A stretch of 63,090 bases of DNA, filler included, from Craspedostauros australis (GCA_030167865.1; 17 parts of 17 records of this genome joined end to end with filler, not necessarily neighbours in it), one strand, 5' to 3'. Numbered from the whole stretch's first letter, positions 1-12,228 are shown. Numbers and translations are program-made. The notes: a model not told the origin generated them from the sequence alone.

Positions 1-2838
1 CGACACGAGCATCCCAGAATGGCTCAACGACGGACCAATCATCCACGAGGTGACGCTCGACAACGAGCCTCGTTTTGATCTCGACTTCGATTATTGCCTC
101 AACACGCACGACTTGCCGAGCAACGGCAACCGAGAAGAAGACCCCGAGGAGGATATCGATATCCTCGCTGTGGAGGAAGCCGGAGAGCCCCCGATTGAGC
201 AGGACATGCTCTTGGACGACAATCTCTTCGAAGAGGCATCAGCCGCTGGCTCCGCCGAAGAAGAGATCGCTCAAGATGACGGAGATGACGACAGCGACGC
301 AACTCGTCCACTATACGTCCGGAACAGATTCCGTCCTCTCAGACCAGAAGGTCAACGAGTCATGAACCACCACGAAGACGTGATCTTCCCAACCGGCCTA
401 CGCTTCGGGCCCACGGACTTCTTCAACCAACGAGGGGCGCACGGCAGGCATGACACTGTGCCGTACCCAACATTCACAGCCGAGATCAGACAACGCGAAC
501 TAATCGGCAACGCCATCTTCTGCGGGGCCCGCAACCTGTTCCCCAACAATCGACGCATCCAGATGGCATTCGTCGGACGAGTGTCAGGAATGTTCATCAT
601 GGCAGAGCTGCTGTCAATCGAAGAGATCCTAGCAAACAGCATGATTCTCAACAGGATCCTCGAGCGTCACGGCCAACCACCACTGAGCATCATGGAGCGG
701 CACTTCATCCTCGGAGGATGNNNNNNNNNNNNNNNNNNNNNNNNNNNNNNNNNNNNNNNNNNNNNNNNNNNNNNACAGGCAAGACCGGAGCCGCCACAGC
801 AAGCAGAACCAATGCGCCCTCCAATCGATTGGGACGATTCCAGCACGGGTGAGTCATCCGACGACGACGACTCCTCCTACGACGACGAGTTGGCAATCAT
901 GGTCGTGGATCGCACGCGCTTCCGTGCATCCGACCACCGCACCGATACACCCGATGAACACACATGGTTCGCCGACAGTGGAGCCTCATGCCACATTGTG
1001 AATTCGGATAAGGGGATGTTTAACATCCGCCACATCCAATCCTTTGTGAAGGTCGGTGACAACACGCAACTCAACTCACCAAAGATGGGGTCCATCTATC
1101 TCCGAGTGAAGCAACGCGACAACACACAGCGCACCATCAGACTGAACGACGTGAAGTTCGCACCCAAGATGTGGGTGAATCTGTTCTCAACGAACAAGGC
1201 GCTGGAGAATGGATACCAGATCGGCAACAACGGTATCATCATGGACATCGCGAACGGCAACGGGAACAAGATCGTGTTCGATCGAGTGTTCCGCACGCGA
1301 AATGGTTTCGTGACTGGCGTGCAGATGCATGCAGTCAAGCCACGCACAGACATCACGGCTGCGGCCGTCACACCGGATGCACCGAAGGGCATCAACACGT
1401 CCACACTCCATCGCATGTTGGGACACGCCCCACTGGAAGCAATGCAACGGACCGCATCGCACCATGGATGGAACATCATCGGCACCATGCCGCCATGCAA
1501 GCACTGTGCCATCGCCAACGCACGAGTGAAGAACGTCCCGAAGGCGACCATCGCAAGAGCATTACGACAATGTGAGCGATTCTTCATCGACATCAGCTAC
1601 ACAAAGCACACGAGCTTCGGAAGCAAGCGGTACTGGGTGTTGATCGTAGACGACCACACAGATTACTGCTGGAGCATCTTCCTCACCAACAAGAGCGATC
1701 AACCGGCCTTCCTGAAACGGTTCCTTCAGAAGATCCGCACACACACCAACGGGCAGCCAATCATCTTCCGTGGCGACAACAGCGGAGAGAACAAGGCATC
1801 CGAGGTCCATCTGCTCGAAGCCGGATTCGACGTCTCATTCGAATATACGGCATCCAACACACCACAGCAGAACGGCAGAGTGGAGCGCAAGTTTGCATAC
1901 TTGTACACGAAGATGCGATCCATGCTGAATGGTGCCCAGCTCAACGAGGAGCACAGACACGGGCTATGGGCTGCAGCAGCCAACGTCGCGACCGCGGTCG
2001 CCAACATCACCGTGGCGAAGGGACAGACCAAATCGCCACACAACCTATTCTTCGGAGAGGATCCGAAGTATGCAAATGGACTCCGTACCTTCGGCGAAGT
2101 CGGAGTCGTCAAGACGGCCTATGGAGGCATGACAGCGAAACTCCAGAACAGAGGCGAGGCGATGTTGTTCGTCGGATATGCTCCACAGCATGGATCCGGC
2201 GTCTANNNNNNNNNNNNNCCATCCACCAAGTCCATCGTCTGCACCAGAGACGTGAAGTGGCTCAACAGATCGTACGGGCACTTCAAGGGTTGGACCTACG
2301 GCACGGACGATGGGAAGCCGGAAGGGAGTCAGATTGTCGCAACCGATGCCGAGCACCCAACAGAGACCGACGATGACGGATTCATCCTGGTCGGAAGGGA
2401 AGGGACAGCGCCGTCCCAAACCACTCGAGCCAAGCCGAAGCGACGCTCTGTGTCATTCGCCGACGCGAATTCCTACCACGTCCTCTCAGACGACGACGAT
2501 GAGGACGATGACGACGATGACGACACCAACAACAACGCGAGTGCGAAGAAGGACTCACCAGGTCTCGCGAGCGAGACGACGACCACACCAGTGGACGAAG
2601 GGACTGCGTCCGAAGAGGAGGTTGACGCGATTCCCGTCGACGACGACACAGTGAGCGACATCGAACATGTTGCCCCACCGAGTGTCCCGCCAAGCATCCT
2701 CCGCACTCCGCCAACATCACGCAAGCGTTCGCACGAAGCGAACGACGATTCGAGAGCTAGTCGCACCACGACTGCTGATCCCCCACGACGGCCAAGCAAG
2801 CGCGATACCACTCGCAGCGAACGACAACAGCGATACAT
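1..2838 (+). mobile_element. Ty1/copia (CoDi-type) LTR retrotransposon polyprotein fragment: protease, GAG-pre-integrase zinc finger, integrase
   Basis: Open frame 50-2838 with WFADSGASCHI (aspartic protease), HRMLGH..CKHC (HHCC), DISY / IVDDHT / RGDNSGE / NTPQQNGRVERK (DDE integrase) and FVGYA. Protease followed directly by integrase is the copia order. Confidence 0.95.
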
Positions 2839-2938
2839 NNNNNNNNNNNNNNNNNNNNNNNNNNNNNNNNNNNNNNNNNNNNTTAATTAATTAANNNNNN
2901 NNNNNNNNNNNNNNNNNNNNNNNNNNNNNNNNNNNNNN
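2839..2938. other. Artificial contig-joining spacer (Ns + TTAATTAATTAA + Ns); first of 16
   Basis: The same 100-nt spacer, with stops in all six frames, recurs at 9734, 12129, 15432, 17676, 20650, 22859, 43898, 45715, 47191, 48423, 52044, 53583, 58707, 60780 and 61901. Confidence 0.97.
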
Positions 2939-4680
2939 AATTCTTCCGACTGGCCAAGGCGAAGCTCAACAAGAATACTGGGGCAAGAAGGGCATGTCTC
3001 TGTTGGGCGCGATGGTGATAACATGTCACAACGACGTTTTCACGTATCGCTTCATCGATATCATTGTCAAAGGGAGGCCAACTCAAGACACCCTCCAAGT
3101 TGGCGGGCTTCTCAAAATTGTGCAACAACAGGTGAGAAAACTGCTTCCATCGGTCACCGAAATTGTCATCCAATCCAATAATGCGTCTTGTTTTGCGAGC
3201 CACAAGCACATCCCACTGATCACATCAGTGCTGAACAAGAACCTTGGAACGCAAAATGTCCCCAAGATTGCGGCCTGGATCTACACTGAAGCCCAAACAG
3301 GTAAAGGTCGCCTTGACACGCACTTTGCATACATCACTGTTGTACTGTGAGCGTATGTGCTGGAGGACAATGACATCAAGACAGAACACCAACTTTTTGA
3401 TGTATTGGAAGCCAACAACATTGCAGGAACGACCTCACTTTTGGTGGATGCAGAATGCCTCAAGGGGCGTGTCCTGAGTTTCCCTGGCATGCCAAAGAAG
3501 CATTTCTGCGTGAAAGGGCAAAAGGTATGCCAAACGCACAAGGTCAAGTTTGGAGATGACAAGGCCAATTTGGTGGCGGCATCTGGCGTCACAGATGACG
3601 TACTTGTCCCGTGTGTGGAGTGGGAGAAATGGGAAATCAACCAGCTGGGTGTCCGCACGATCGCAACGCACACGTCAGGAAAGGAACCGTTCACCGCCGA
3701 ATCACCAAAGAAGAAGAAGAAGAAGACGCGAAAGTGGGGTGCTACTGCGGTGGAGAGCAAGGCGCTCGTGTTTCGCGATGCATTGAAGATGGGGCAAGGA
3801 GAGCTACCACACGACCACACCGCAAAATTGAAAGACCAGACTGCGGAAGCAGAAATCCCCCGACTCGCAGTGAAGGGCTGGGCAGTGAAAACAACGCGCA
3901 GCAACGCTGAGTTACCACGGTACGTACTGCAGAAATTGGATGAAATGAGCATGGCAGCCAAAGAGGACCCGAAAAACCGACCAACAGAACACGAAGCGCA
4001 CCGCCGATTGATGGAGCTGCAGGGAACAGAGACTGATTGGTTCACGCAATTGCACGGAAGTCCAATGCGCGTGAAATCGCACCTGACCGCGGCGTACTAC
4101 AGCTCACAACGTGACGCCAAGAAAACAGCCGCGGCACCAGGTACGACCGACAACAACAAAAAATGGCATCACCGTCACCACCATCACCATCACCACCAAC
4201 AGCAACAGCAACAGCAACCGCTGCGGAACCAACAGGTACGAAACCATCAGACTAGCAGAAGAGCCAAGAAGAGGAAGAGATGGAAGAAGAGGAAAGGGAG
4301 AATAGGATGTGGTGCGAGGCCAACATCACGAAGAGACACGCGGAGAATGAAGAGATGGTCCCGCAAGAAGTGAGGGAAGCGATTCGCACGAGGATGAGAC
4401 GGAGACTGATGGCGAAAATGGAGGAACAAAATAAGGACTAATTAATTCAAAATGTGAACAAATTCGCCAAAACCAAGAACACAAGCACGTTATTTTGGAT
4501 CGAACTTGTCGGATGTCTATCGCTCAGTTTAGGAGTGGTCCAAAAAAGCGCACATTGACAGGTCCATAAAACTTAAAATATGGACTTTGAGATTCTGGTT
4601 AATTTTCCTGTTGCTATGGACACTATAATGAGTAGGTTGGTATGCTTAGTTCTGTTAACATCGAAGAGAAAGTGCCACTC
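2939..4680 (+). mobile_element. DNA transposon, Sola-like (tentatively Sola3-like) transposase 3' half plus 3' flank; inactivated copy 1
   Basis: Motifs QS(N)NASCF and YTEAQTGKGRLDTHF. In-frame TGA at 3348-3350 where copy 2 has CGA. A frameshift near 4160 shifts the frame; the true stop is TAA at 4439-4441. Near-identical to 62001-63090, including non-coding DNA to about 4677. The right boundary is approximate. Confidence 0.65.
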
Positions 4681-4875
4681 TACTTTACAAACGGTTGGTC
4701 GACTCACTCACATGGGTCATAATACAATCGCAGAGTCCGACCTATTCCTCATTTCCCCACAACAGAAGCACACCCCAAAACAACACCAATCCAAACAACC
4801 AAGGAGAGGAGTGCAATCTATTCTATAACATTATCTATTCCACGTATCGTAGAATCCTCGCAAAGCACGACCGTG

Positions 4876-7800
4876 ATGGACGACCGAAAGTTGCCACCAA
4901 TGAGCGCTGGCGATGCCAAGAGGGATGCCGAGAAGGAAGACGATGATGATGGCCAGAAGAAGCAACCGGCAGCGAACGCCGTCCTGGGAGCGTACATGAA
5001 AACCTCCGAACAGTCCATGAAGGAGACCGACAACGGCGACGACCAGGGCAGCAGGCCCAAGCTGCCATCGCGCCGTCGGGAGGTCCGCATCGGTCGAGAC
5101 AGAGACAGGAGACGCAACAGCGGAGCATCAACCACAACCAACTCCACCGCGGACGCTGATGCCAAAGCAAAGGCCAGAGCCGGAGCTCTGCGCGCTGCTG
5201 GCCTGGCCCGCCCCAGCGAAAGGTCCTCAGCCGGATCCGGCTCCTTCGCCGCCATTGGATCGGAGCAACCGAAGTCAAGACCGCCACCGCTGCGACCAGG
5301 AGCCGTGTCAGTTCCGGGCGTTGGTGCATCAATGGAAGCCATCGAAGCTTCCAATGCGTCCAATGCAGCGTACACGATGTCGCAGAAGGTCGGGGCTGTC
5401 CCCGCATCCGCCAGGACCTTCGACAAGTCGGCCGCCGGTAGCGAACATGACGGCAAGAAACCCAACTTCCCTCGGGGCACGCGAACAACGAAACGGGATT
5501 CCAATCCCACCAGGATCACCAGGATCACCAGCCTCAGCCGCAGTTCAACTGAGATGAAGCAGGATGAAGATGGGCTGCTGCAGCTAGAGGATGACACGCC
5601 ACAGACCGTGCCGAACGAACCAGGCCCCACTTCAAATGGTGACAACTTGCGCACGTCCACGGCCTCTACCTTTTCCGCCGATCCATCTCACGCGCCACCG
5701 GTCTCGGTTGTGCACCAAAATACATCTTCCAACGTCTCCGTCTTCACCATGGACCAAACCGAAGACCTGTCCACGATCGCCACCCCCATCACAGCTCAGC
5801 TGGCTCCAACCGATGACGACCTGGCGGATCGTGTCAAGGAGCGTCTCGAGAAGGATTTCGCGGAGCGCATGGAGGCGCAGGTAAAGGAGCGCACGGAGGC
5901 ACAGGTACGGGAGCGCATGCGCTTGGAGCAAACGCGCAATGGCGGGGGCGCGACAACCAACGGCGCAGTTGTCACCGCCGAAGTGGTGGAGGTCACGAAG
6001 GACGACGAAAACGGCAACTCCGGCAGTCAAAGCAGGCGCAGGAGGTGCATTGGCATCATCGTCGCTTTCGTGTTGGCAGGGATCGGCACTGCAATCGGCG
6101 TGGCACTGTCAGGTCGCAACTCCAACAGCTCCTCCAACAACTCCTCCAATGCCGACAACAGATCTCTCGTGACGTCAGCACCAACCGCAGCTCCCATCAC
6201 ATCATCGAGCCCGACCTTCACACCGCAGACAGCAGAATTCGACACGCTCGTCAATCGTCTGGCGCAGATACTGGAAGGTGAACCGGCAAACACCGGGCGC
6301 GATGTACTGGAGGACCGATCCACTACACAGTACAGAGCATTGGACTGGCTCGCAAACCAAGACGTCGCAAAGATCGACCCGGCCTTAGCGCCCACATCCG
6401 AACTCCTCGAACGCTACGCACTCGCCGTTCTGTACTACACGACCGGAGGCGAGGACAGGTGGGGGAACAAATTCAACTTTCTTACCAACAGCAGCGTCTG
6501 CGAATGGGGTGATGTCATTGATAACTTCGGCGGCATTGTTTCGTGCGACGAAGCTGGCAGGGCGACTACGCTTCACTTTGATTCCAACTTCATGACTGGC
6601 ACCATTCCGAAAGAGCTTTTCCTCCTCGAACAGCTCACCAGCTTGCACATCAACAACAACGTCATCACAGGAACGCTGCCAACCGAAATTGGTCTTTTAT
6701 CAAACTTGATGGAGCTCCACATAGTCGTCCTCCCAATGTCCGGCCCGATGCCCACGGAGATCGGCCGTCTGGTCAACTTGATGGACGCTCAATTTAATAA
6801 AATCGGTCTCACCGGCACGCTTCCGTCCGAGATTGGCAACCTGAAGTTACTTCAATTGCTGTATATCGCCGACAACTCCCTGACAGGCGCGTTGCCCACC
6901 GAGGTCGGTGAGATGCAAGCCCTGACCAACCTCCAGATCTTTCAGAACAGATTCAACGGGACAGTTCCAATCGAGTGGGGCCAGCTTACCAACCTGCAGA
7001 GTCTCGGTGTGGAGCAAACTGAGTTGCAGGGCGACCTGAATCCAATCTTTTGCTCAGGCTCACATCTCGACCTTTTTCACTTCTACTCAGATTGCGTTGC
7101 CACTGACGATGGTGGGATTCCAGCAGAAACGACATGCTCCTGCTGCTCGAACTGTTGCGACGCCGCGGACAAATGCTGCAGCACTCAGACAGAGTGTCCC
7201 ATCTTGAATGCCGAGAAAATGAGCGACATACTCGCCATATTGGAACCATATGTGCAGGGCGATCCAATCTTTACAGACCCGTTGGTGTTCAATGATATCG
7301 GAAGCCCGCAATACCGCGCGCTGGACTGGTTTGCAAATCGCGATCTCCTCTATCTGGATCTCGCCAACACGGCAGATGAGGTGGTCGTGGAGCGATACGC
7401 CTTGGCTGTGTTCTACTATGCCACTACCAACGATGGGCCTTGGGGCACGACTGCTTCTGTTATGTCGCCTTTATCCGTTTGCGAATGGTGGAATGGGGAA
7501 GGAGGTATCCGATGCGACGCCGAGGGCCGCGTCACCTCCATCATGCTCTCAGACTCAAACATGGACGCTGACCAGCTTCCCTCCGAGATTGCTCTTTTCA
7601 AATACTTGACCATCTTCGATTGCTCCGACAATCCCATCTCCGGGTCCCTCCCCACAGAAATGGGGAAGCTGGATTGGCTTGAGGAACTCAACCTCTCGTT
7701 CAACCTCATGGTTGGCACAATCCCGACGGAATATGGAGATCTTTCGAGTCTCAGACTTCTCGATCTCAGCTTCGGCTTCCTCAAGGAGGAAGTCCCATCA

Positions 7801-8154
7801 GAGCTCGGGAGGTTGTTGGCACTGGAGGAGTTCTACCTTGACGACAATGAGCTCACAGGCGCGTTGCCATTCGAAATTGGTGATCTGTCCCAGCTTGTTT
7901 CCGTCTCCGTTTCAGGAAACTCCATCAACGGGGAGGTCCCGCTCCAATGGGGGAATCTGACGAATTTGCACAGCCTTGAATTGCGGGGGAACTCGATCAC
8001 AGGCAACCTCACTGATGTGTTCTGCGATGGATCATTCCAATTCGATTGGTTTACTTCAGACTGCAAGGAACCGGACGACAACATCCTGCCTCCAGAGACC
8101 GAGTGCGCATGCTGCACACAGTGTTGCGACCGAAATGACGTCTGCCTCCCCTAG
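4876..8154 (+). CDS. Diatom-type leucine-rich-repeat type II membrane protein with two tandem LRR ectodomain modules
   Basis: Disordered N-terminus with PGAVSV, one TM helix after RRRR (CIGIIVAFVLAGIGTAIGVAL), then twice: QYRALDW..ERYALAV..CEW cap, plant-type LRRs (GxLPxEIGxL), and a DC..CxCCxxCC cap. Confidence 0.92.
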   Translation: MDDRKLPPMSAGDAKRDAEKEDDDDGQKKQPAANAVLGAYMKTSEQSMKETDNGDDQGSRPKLPSRRREVRIGRDRDRRRNSGASTTTNSTADADAKAKARAGALRAAGLARPSERSSAGSGSFAAIGSEQPKSRPPPLRPGAVSVPGVGASMEAIEASNASNAAYTMSQKVGAVPASARTFDKSAAGSEHDGKKPNFPRGTRTTKRDSNPTRITRITSLSRSSTEMKQDEDGLLQLEDDTPQTVPNEPGPTSNGDNLRTSTASTFSADPSHAPPVSVVHQNTSSNVSVFTMDQTEDLSTIATPITAQLAPTDDDLADRVKERLEKDFAERMEAQVKERTEAQVRERMRLEQTRNGGGATTNGAVVTAEVVEVTKDDENGNSGSQSRRRRCIGIIVAFVLAGIGTAIGVALSGRNSNSSSNNSSNADNRSLVTSAPTAAPITSSSPTFTPQTAEFDTLVNRLAQILEGEPANTGRDVLEDRSTTQYRALDWLANQDVAKIDPALAPTSELLERYALAVLYYTTGGEDRWGNKFNFLTNSSVCEWGDVIDNFGGIVSCDEAGRATTLHFDSNFMTGTIPKELFLLEQLTSLHINNNVITGTLPTEIGLLSNLMELHIVVLPMSGPMPTEIGRLVNLMDAQFNKIGLTGTLPSEIGNLKLLQLLYIADNSLTGALPTEVGEMQALTNLQIFQNRFNGTVPIEWGQLTNLQSLGVEQTELQGDLNPIFCSGSHLDLFHFYSDCVATDDGGIPAETTCSCCSNCCDAADKCCSTQTECPILNAEKMSDILAILEPYVQGDPIFTDPLVFNDIGSPQYRALDWFANRDLLYLDLANTADEVVVERYALAVFYYATTNDGPWGTTASVMSPLSVCEWWNGEGGIRCDAEGRVTSIMLSDSNMDADQLPSEIALFKYLTIFDCSDNPISGSLPTEMGKLDWLEELNLSFNLMVGTIPTEYGDLSSLRLLDLSFGFLKEEVPSELGRLLALEEFYLDDNELTGALPFEIGDLSQLVSVSVSGNSINGEVPLQWGNLTNLHSLELRGNSITGNLTDVFCDGSFQFDWFTSDCKEPDDNILPPETECACCTQCCDRNDVCLP

Positions 8155-10172
8155 GGAGCGACGAGCGGCGGAGCATACAAGTGGGGGCAAGTCGGAGGAG
8201 ACGGGGGAGACCGCTCAGCAAACTTCCTCCCACGATCGACTCGCGGCACTTTGCTCTGTGGCAGGTCATTCCAAATAGAAGCACTTAAGCATGAGACGAC
8301 GAGCTACACAAAGAAGTGCTATTCTCTTTACGTTACTGATCAGCTATCACCGCGAGCATACGTCCCAGAGAGTACGGGCTGGTGTTGTATCCGTGGTTGC
8401 TGTGAGCACCAGAAGAAAGTGAAAGTGGCTCGGGTTCTGTGCCAACTTCGCTGGCAGGAGTCGCCCGGTATCGTCGCGTCACCCAGCGTTTCGCGCCAAC
8501 GTCAGCGATGTCAAGTACTACACTTCGCCGAACATTCGAGCGCGGTCGTGAAGAAGTGCCGCTCGCCAAACGCAACTTATCCTGTCATGATAAAACGTAT
8601 GTCGTCATCAACATCACGATGTGGAGTGATCAACGAGAGGAACCACCTGTTTTTGGTGGATTGACGTGATGGGACAGAAGCAGAATGGAATGGAATCGCA
8701 GACGAGCCCAAAGTGGATCGAGAACAATGGACTATTCCGAACGAAGAACAACAGCAGCAATCAAGGCTTGTTGGGACTGTTTAATTGGAAACACCGGCGC
8801 GTCCTCAATCGCTCTATTCGCTTGTAATTGGTGCTTCAAACATGAAGCTGGTTCGATGATACGAAACCATCACGCTCTTGGGAAGCAAGTGTTTGCAATC
8901 ATTATGGACTTGGGATGGATCGATCGTGAGCGGACATGATCCAAGGGAGAGGTCCATCAGAGTTGAATACGTTGACCAAAGCCGCCGATCACAAAGTGCG
9001 GATTGGGTGCTGTTCCGTGAGAAACTGCCGCGACAGTGGTCAGTCAGTCACACTGCGATTTGCGCACGGCAGGATGTATGGTTCACCCTCGATTGTCCAT
9101 GGTGCAAGGGTCTGCTTCACCAAAAGAGACTTCGTTCTGAGTTCCGTAGGAGCTGACTGGGCCTGCGTCAAAGGCATCCAGCATCGCATGTGTGAGCTCT
9201 CCGCAAGGCCAAACATGACTCTTGCCTGGCTCAGTTCGCGGCGTGACACACACACTCTCTCTCTCCCTCCCTCTCTCTTTCTTTGGACACCAACGTCATC
9301 AAGAAAACCTTTGGTTCATCTGACACAGTCTCGCGATCGGCGTTGTGATAGTGGGGTGGCACCACTTAGTTAGCTCTTTCCCTTCGTCATCGTCTTCGTC
9401 TTCTTCTCTGTCTCTGTCTCCGTCTCTGTGTTCCACTCCGACCTCTCCGATCAAGCTGAAGGAGCACTTTCACCGCCTTGGATACCCTCTCTTCCCTGTC
9501 TTGTCCCCCTCGTATCGGAGAACCTGGGTGCACATGGAGCATTCTGTTCCCTCGGTATTTGTGAAGGCATTCGATGCGCAAGTGCGACACCTTGGCTGCG
9601 AATGGGCTTCAGGACAGGGCTTACCCTTGTGAGCAAAGTCGAGGTGGTAGATACAACTCTGAGTTGGTCCCTACGCCAAATCATCTGGAACGGAAGACGA
9701 AGATGGTCGGAACTCGGATCAGATCTTTGTGGGNNNNNNNNNNNNNNNNNNNNNNNNNNNNNNNNNNNNNNNNNNNNTTAATTAATTAANNNNNNNNNNN
9801 NNNNNNNNNNNNNNNNNNNNNNNNNNNNNNNNNTTGACGACGGCCTGCGGAAATGTGGCGAGGATTTTTTCGTGGCTGTTGGCCATGGTGATGATCGTGG
9901 TGGTGTTGGTCTTGGTGCCCGATGTTTGGGTGAACTTGCTATTAGCGAACAACTGTCAATAGGACTGAGTGAGTGAATCAATGTTGTTCGCTAATATTTA
10001 TGAGAGATTGTATTGATTAGCGCTGGAGTTGCGGAAAGGATTCCTGATCGTAGCTTGCCTGTCTCTAGCAGAAAAGTGGGCGCGAGGTGCATAGCGTTCT
10101 GGCGATGGACAGGCGAGTCACGGGCGGGACTGGAATCAACAGATGCCATTGCCGCTATGCACTCGACAGCAT

Positions 10173-12128
10173 TCAACATGCGTCCGCCCCATACACAGCT
10201 TCCTTTCCGGCCGTGCCTCCGAATCGATTGTACCGAATGCTGTTCTCCCGCTGAATGGCCAGTACTATGAGGAACATGGATGCTGAGATCATTGCGGCGA
10301 TAGCGTAGATGGTGTTGACCATGGAATCATGGATTGTATACGATGGATCGGAGCTGTCGATGGCACTCCAAAACTCGTTGGAGTACTTGATGGGCATCAT
10401 CATCTTTGTCAGAACGATGCAAGCCAAACAGTAGCAGATGAGCAGCGCGGATATCACGTTGGTTGGGATGTTGCTGGCTGTATGGTCGTCAGTGCTGCCA
10501 CTGCCACTGCCACCGTTGTTCGTTGATAATGATGGCGCGGAGGTTGGCGTGACGTCTGCTGATGGCATGCAATGACATCGTCCGTAGAACTTGCTGAATC
10601 TGCGATTGATGACCACGACGGTGCGCAGGAAGGTCCGCAGCTGGGTGACACCCAGCACTATTGTGAGGCCGAGCGACAAGCTCTGACTCAAGGTGCTGAA
10701 GTCCTTGATGGAGACCAAGTGATGCCCTGTGAACCACAGAAGGACCTTCGTGACGATGTCATCGCTGTGCTCCCTCCATTCCTTTGGATTTGCAGTGTGC
10801 TGATACCACATGCTCACACCGGCAGAATACAACCGGAACAGCAGGATGATGGAGAAGGCGATGCCAATCCAGGACTTGACTCTCCCCGTTGACGTCCGGG
10901 CGGCGCTGGCCGATCGGTACACCTCCTTCATCTCCTCGATATCTTCTGCCATCTCGCCGCACAGCGTTTCCAAGAAATCGATCTCTTTCCGTTTGGCGTG
11001 CTTGTGCTGATAGATGTCATCTCCCATGTCCGCAAAGCCGCGGAGACTTGGGGACTTGGAGAACGACGCTGCGAAACCGTTCTTCATGTTCAAGAGCGAT
11101 TTCTGTCGCATCATGGACGGCTCGTTGAGCTCGTGACGTTTGGACTGCAGCACCATGCGGATGCTTTGCAATTCTGACTCTGCTCGGTTGATCATTTCCA
11201 ATCGAACCGGCCTGAGGAACAGTCCCGTCAGGCATGTGAACGGCATCGAGACGCTGCCGAATCCATTGAGGACGGCCGAAATGCAGATGCCGATGGTTGC
11301 CATCCATGAGACGATGCTTGCAAGGGTTACGTCTGCGTACGAGAAGATAATCAAATGATCGGATCCACCATGGTGATCCTTGGTCCCGATCTGGATGAAC
11401 ATGGGAGAGACTGTCTTCATGGCAACGATGCAAAGGCCCGATGCCAGCATCCCCGGCACCAAGGCGATGACTCGATTGGCACAGCGCGTCAACTGACGTG
11501 AGATGCTGTGGCGATTTATCCTCGGCACACAACGCTGGAACAAAAGGCGGAGGCGTGATGCACGACCTGCTCCCCTCTGTGTGGACAACGGTCCCACTGT
11601 CGACGTCGGTGTCGATTTTGATGCGGACGATGACGGCAGGTCACTCCGTGTCATGACGAGGACTGGTTCTGACGGGCTCTTGCGATTCCGACAGAAGCAC
11701 AGGAGACGCGATATCATTTGATAGCATCTGGAAAGGATGAGGTAGACGATCCTGTAGACCGTGAAGCATCGCAGCGGCATGAGCTTGATGATGACGCTGG
11801 CCAGTTGGTTGGATCTGGATATGATCCATCTCACTGCCTGATATCCCGTGAATCCCGGAACAAGAATGAAGACGAAGAGGCCGCAACTCCAGAGCAGGAT
11901 CCAGTATGCGCCTGCGACCGACAGCGTGGTTGGGAATATCGTCCACCCCATCCATGCCATGTTCCATATTCGTATCGATAGCGGCGTTGCCAGTGTTGTT
12001 GTTGCTGTTGTCGATGATGATGATGATGATGATGGCACTGGAATTGTCTTGGTGAGGAGCATGAGCCATGTTGATGGAACTGCGTCAAGGATGCTGAGAC
12101 TGAGCAATCCCAATGAAAGAGCGAAGGC
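10173..12128 (-). CDS. GPR89: GPR89/GTG-family multi-pass membrane protein (Golgi pH regulator / ABA-GPCR-like), 5'-truncated by the contig end
   Basis: IGICISAVLNGFGSVSMPF resembles the GPR89 motif, followed by a coiled-coil loop (EIDFLETLCGEMAEDIEEM) and TSTGRVKSWIGIAFSI plus further TM helices. Confidence 0.8.
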   Translation of the reverse strand, partial: AFALSLGLLSLSILDAVPSTWLMLLTKTIPVPSSSSSSSTTATTTLATPLSIRIWNMAWMGWTIFPTTLSVAGAYWILLWSCGLFVFILVPGFTGYQAVRWIISRSNQLASVIIKLMPLRCFTVYRIVYLILSRCYQMISRLLCFCRNRKSPSEPVLVMTRSDLPSSSASKSTPTSTVGPLSTQRGAGRASRLRLLFQRCVPRINRHSISRQLTRCANRVIALVPGMLASGLCIVAMKTVSPMFIQIGTKDHHGGSDHLIIFSYADVTLASIVSWMATIGICISAVLNGFGSVSMPFTCLTGLFLRPVRLEMINRAESELQSIRMVLQSKRHELNEPSMMRQKSLLNMKNGFAASFSKSPSLRGFADMGDDIYQHKHAKRKEIDFLETLCGEMAEDIEEMKEVYRSASAARTSTGRVKSWIGIAFSIILLFRLYSAGVSMWYQHTANPKEWREHSDDIVTKVLLWFTGHHLVSIKDFSTLSQSLSLGLTIVLGVTQLRTFLRTVVVINRRFSKFYGRCHCMPSADVTPTSAPSLSTNNGGSGSGSTDDHTASNIPTNVISALLICYCLACIVLTKMMMPIKYSNEFWSAIDSSDPSYTIHDSMVNTIYAIAAMISASMFLIVLAIQRENSIRYNRFGGTAGKEAVYGADAC

Positions 12129-12228
12129 NNNNNNNNNNNNNNNNNNNNNNNNNNNNNNNNNNNNNNNNNNNNTTAATTAATTAANNNNNNNNNNNNNNNN
12201 NNNNNNNNNNNNNNNNNNNNNNNNNNNN

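Noticed and set aside
2883..2894. TTAATTAATTAA as a TTAA target-site duplication or biological motif
   Set aside because: Always embedded in identical N padding; it is an assembly spacer. ORFs ending in LIN or N are artefacts of it.
4160..4373. Poly-His/Gln and basic C-terminus of the ORF at 3357-4373
   Set aside because: Product of a frameshift. Copy 3 shows the real frame (SPSPPSPTATAT..EEEE).
8250..9733. Possible decayed TE or gene downstream of the LRR gene
   Set aside because: No motif or second copy found to support a call.
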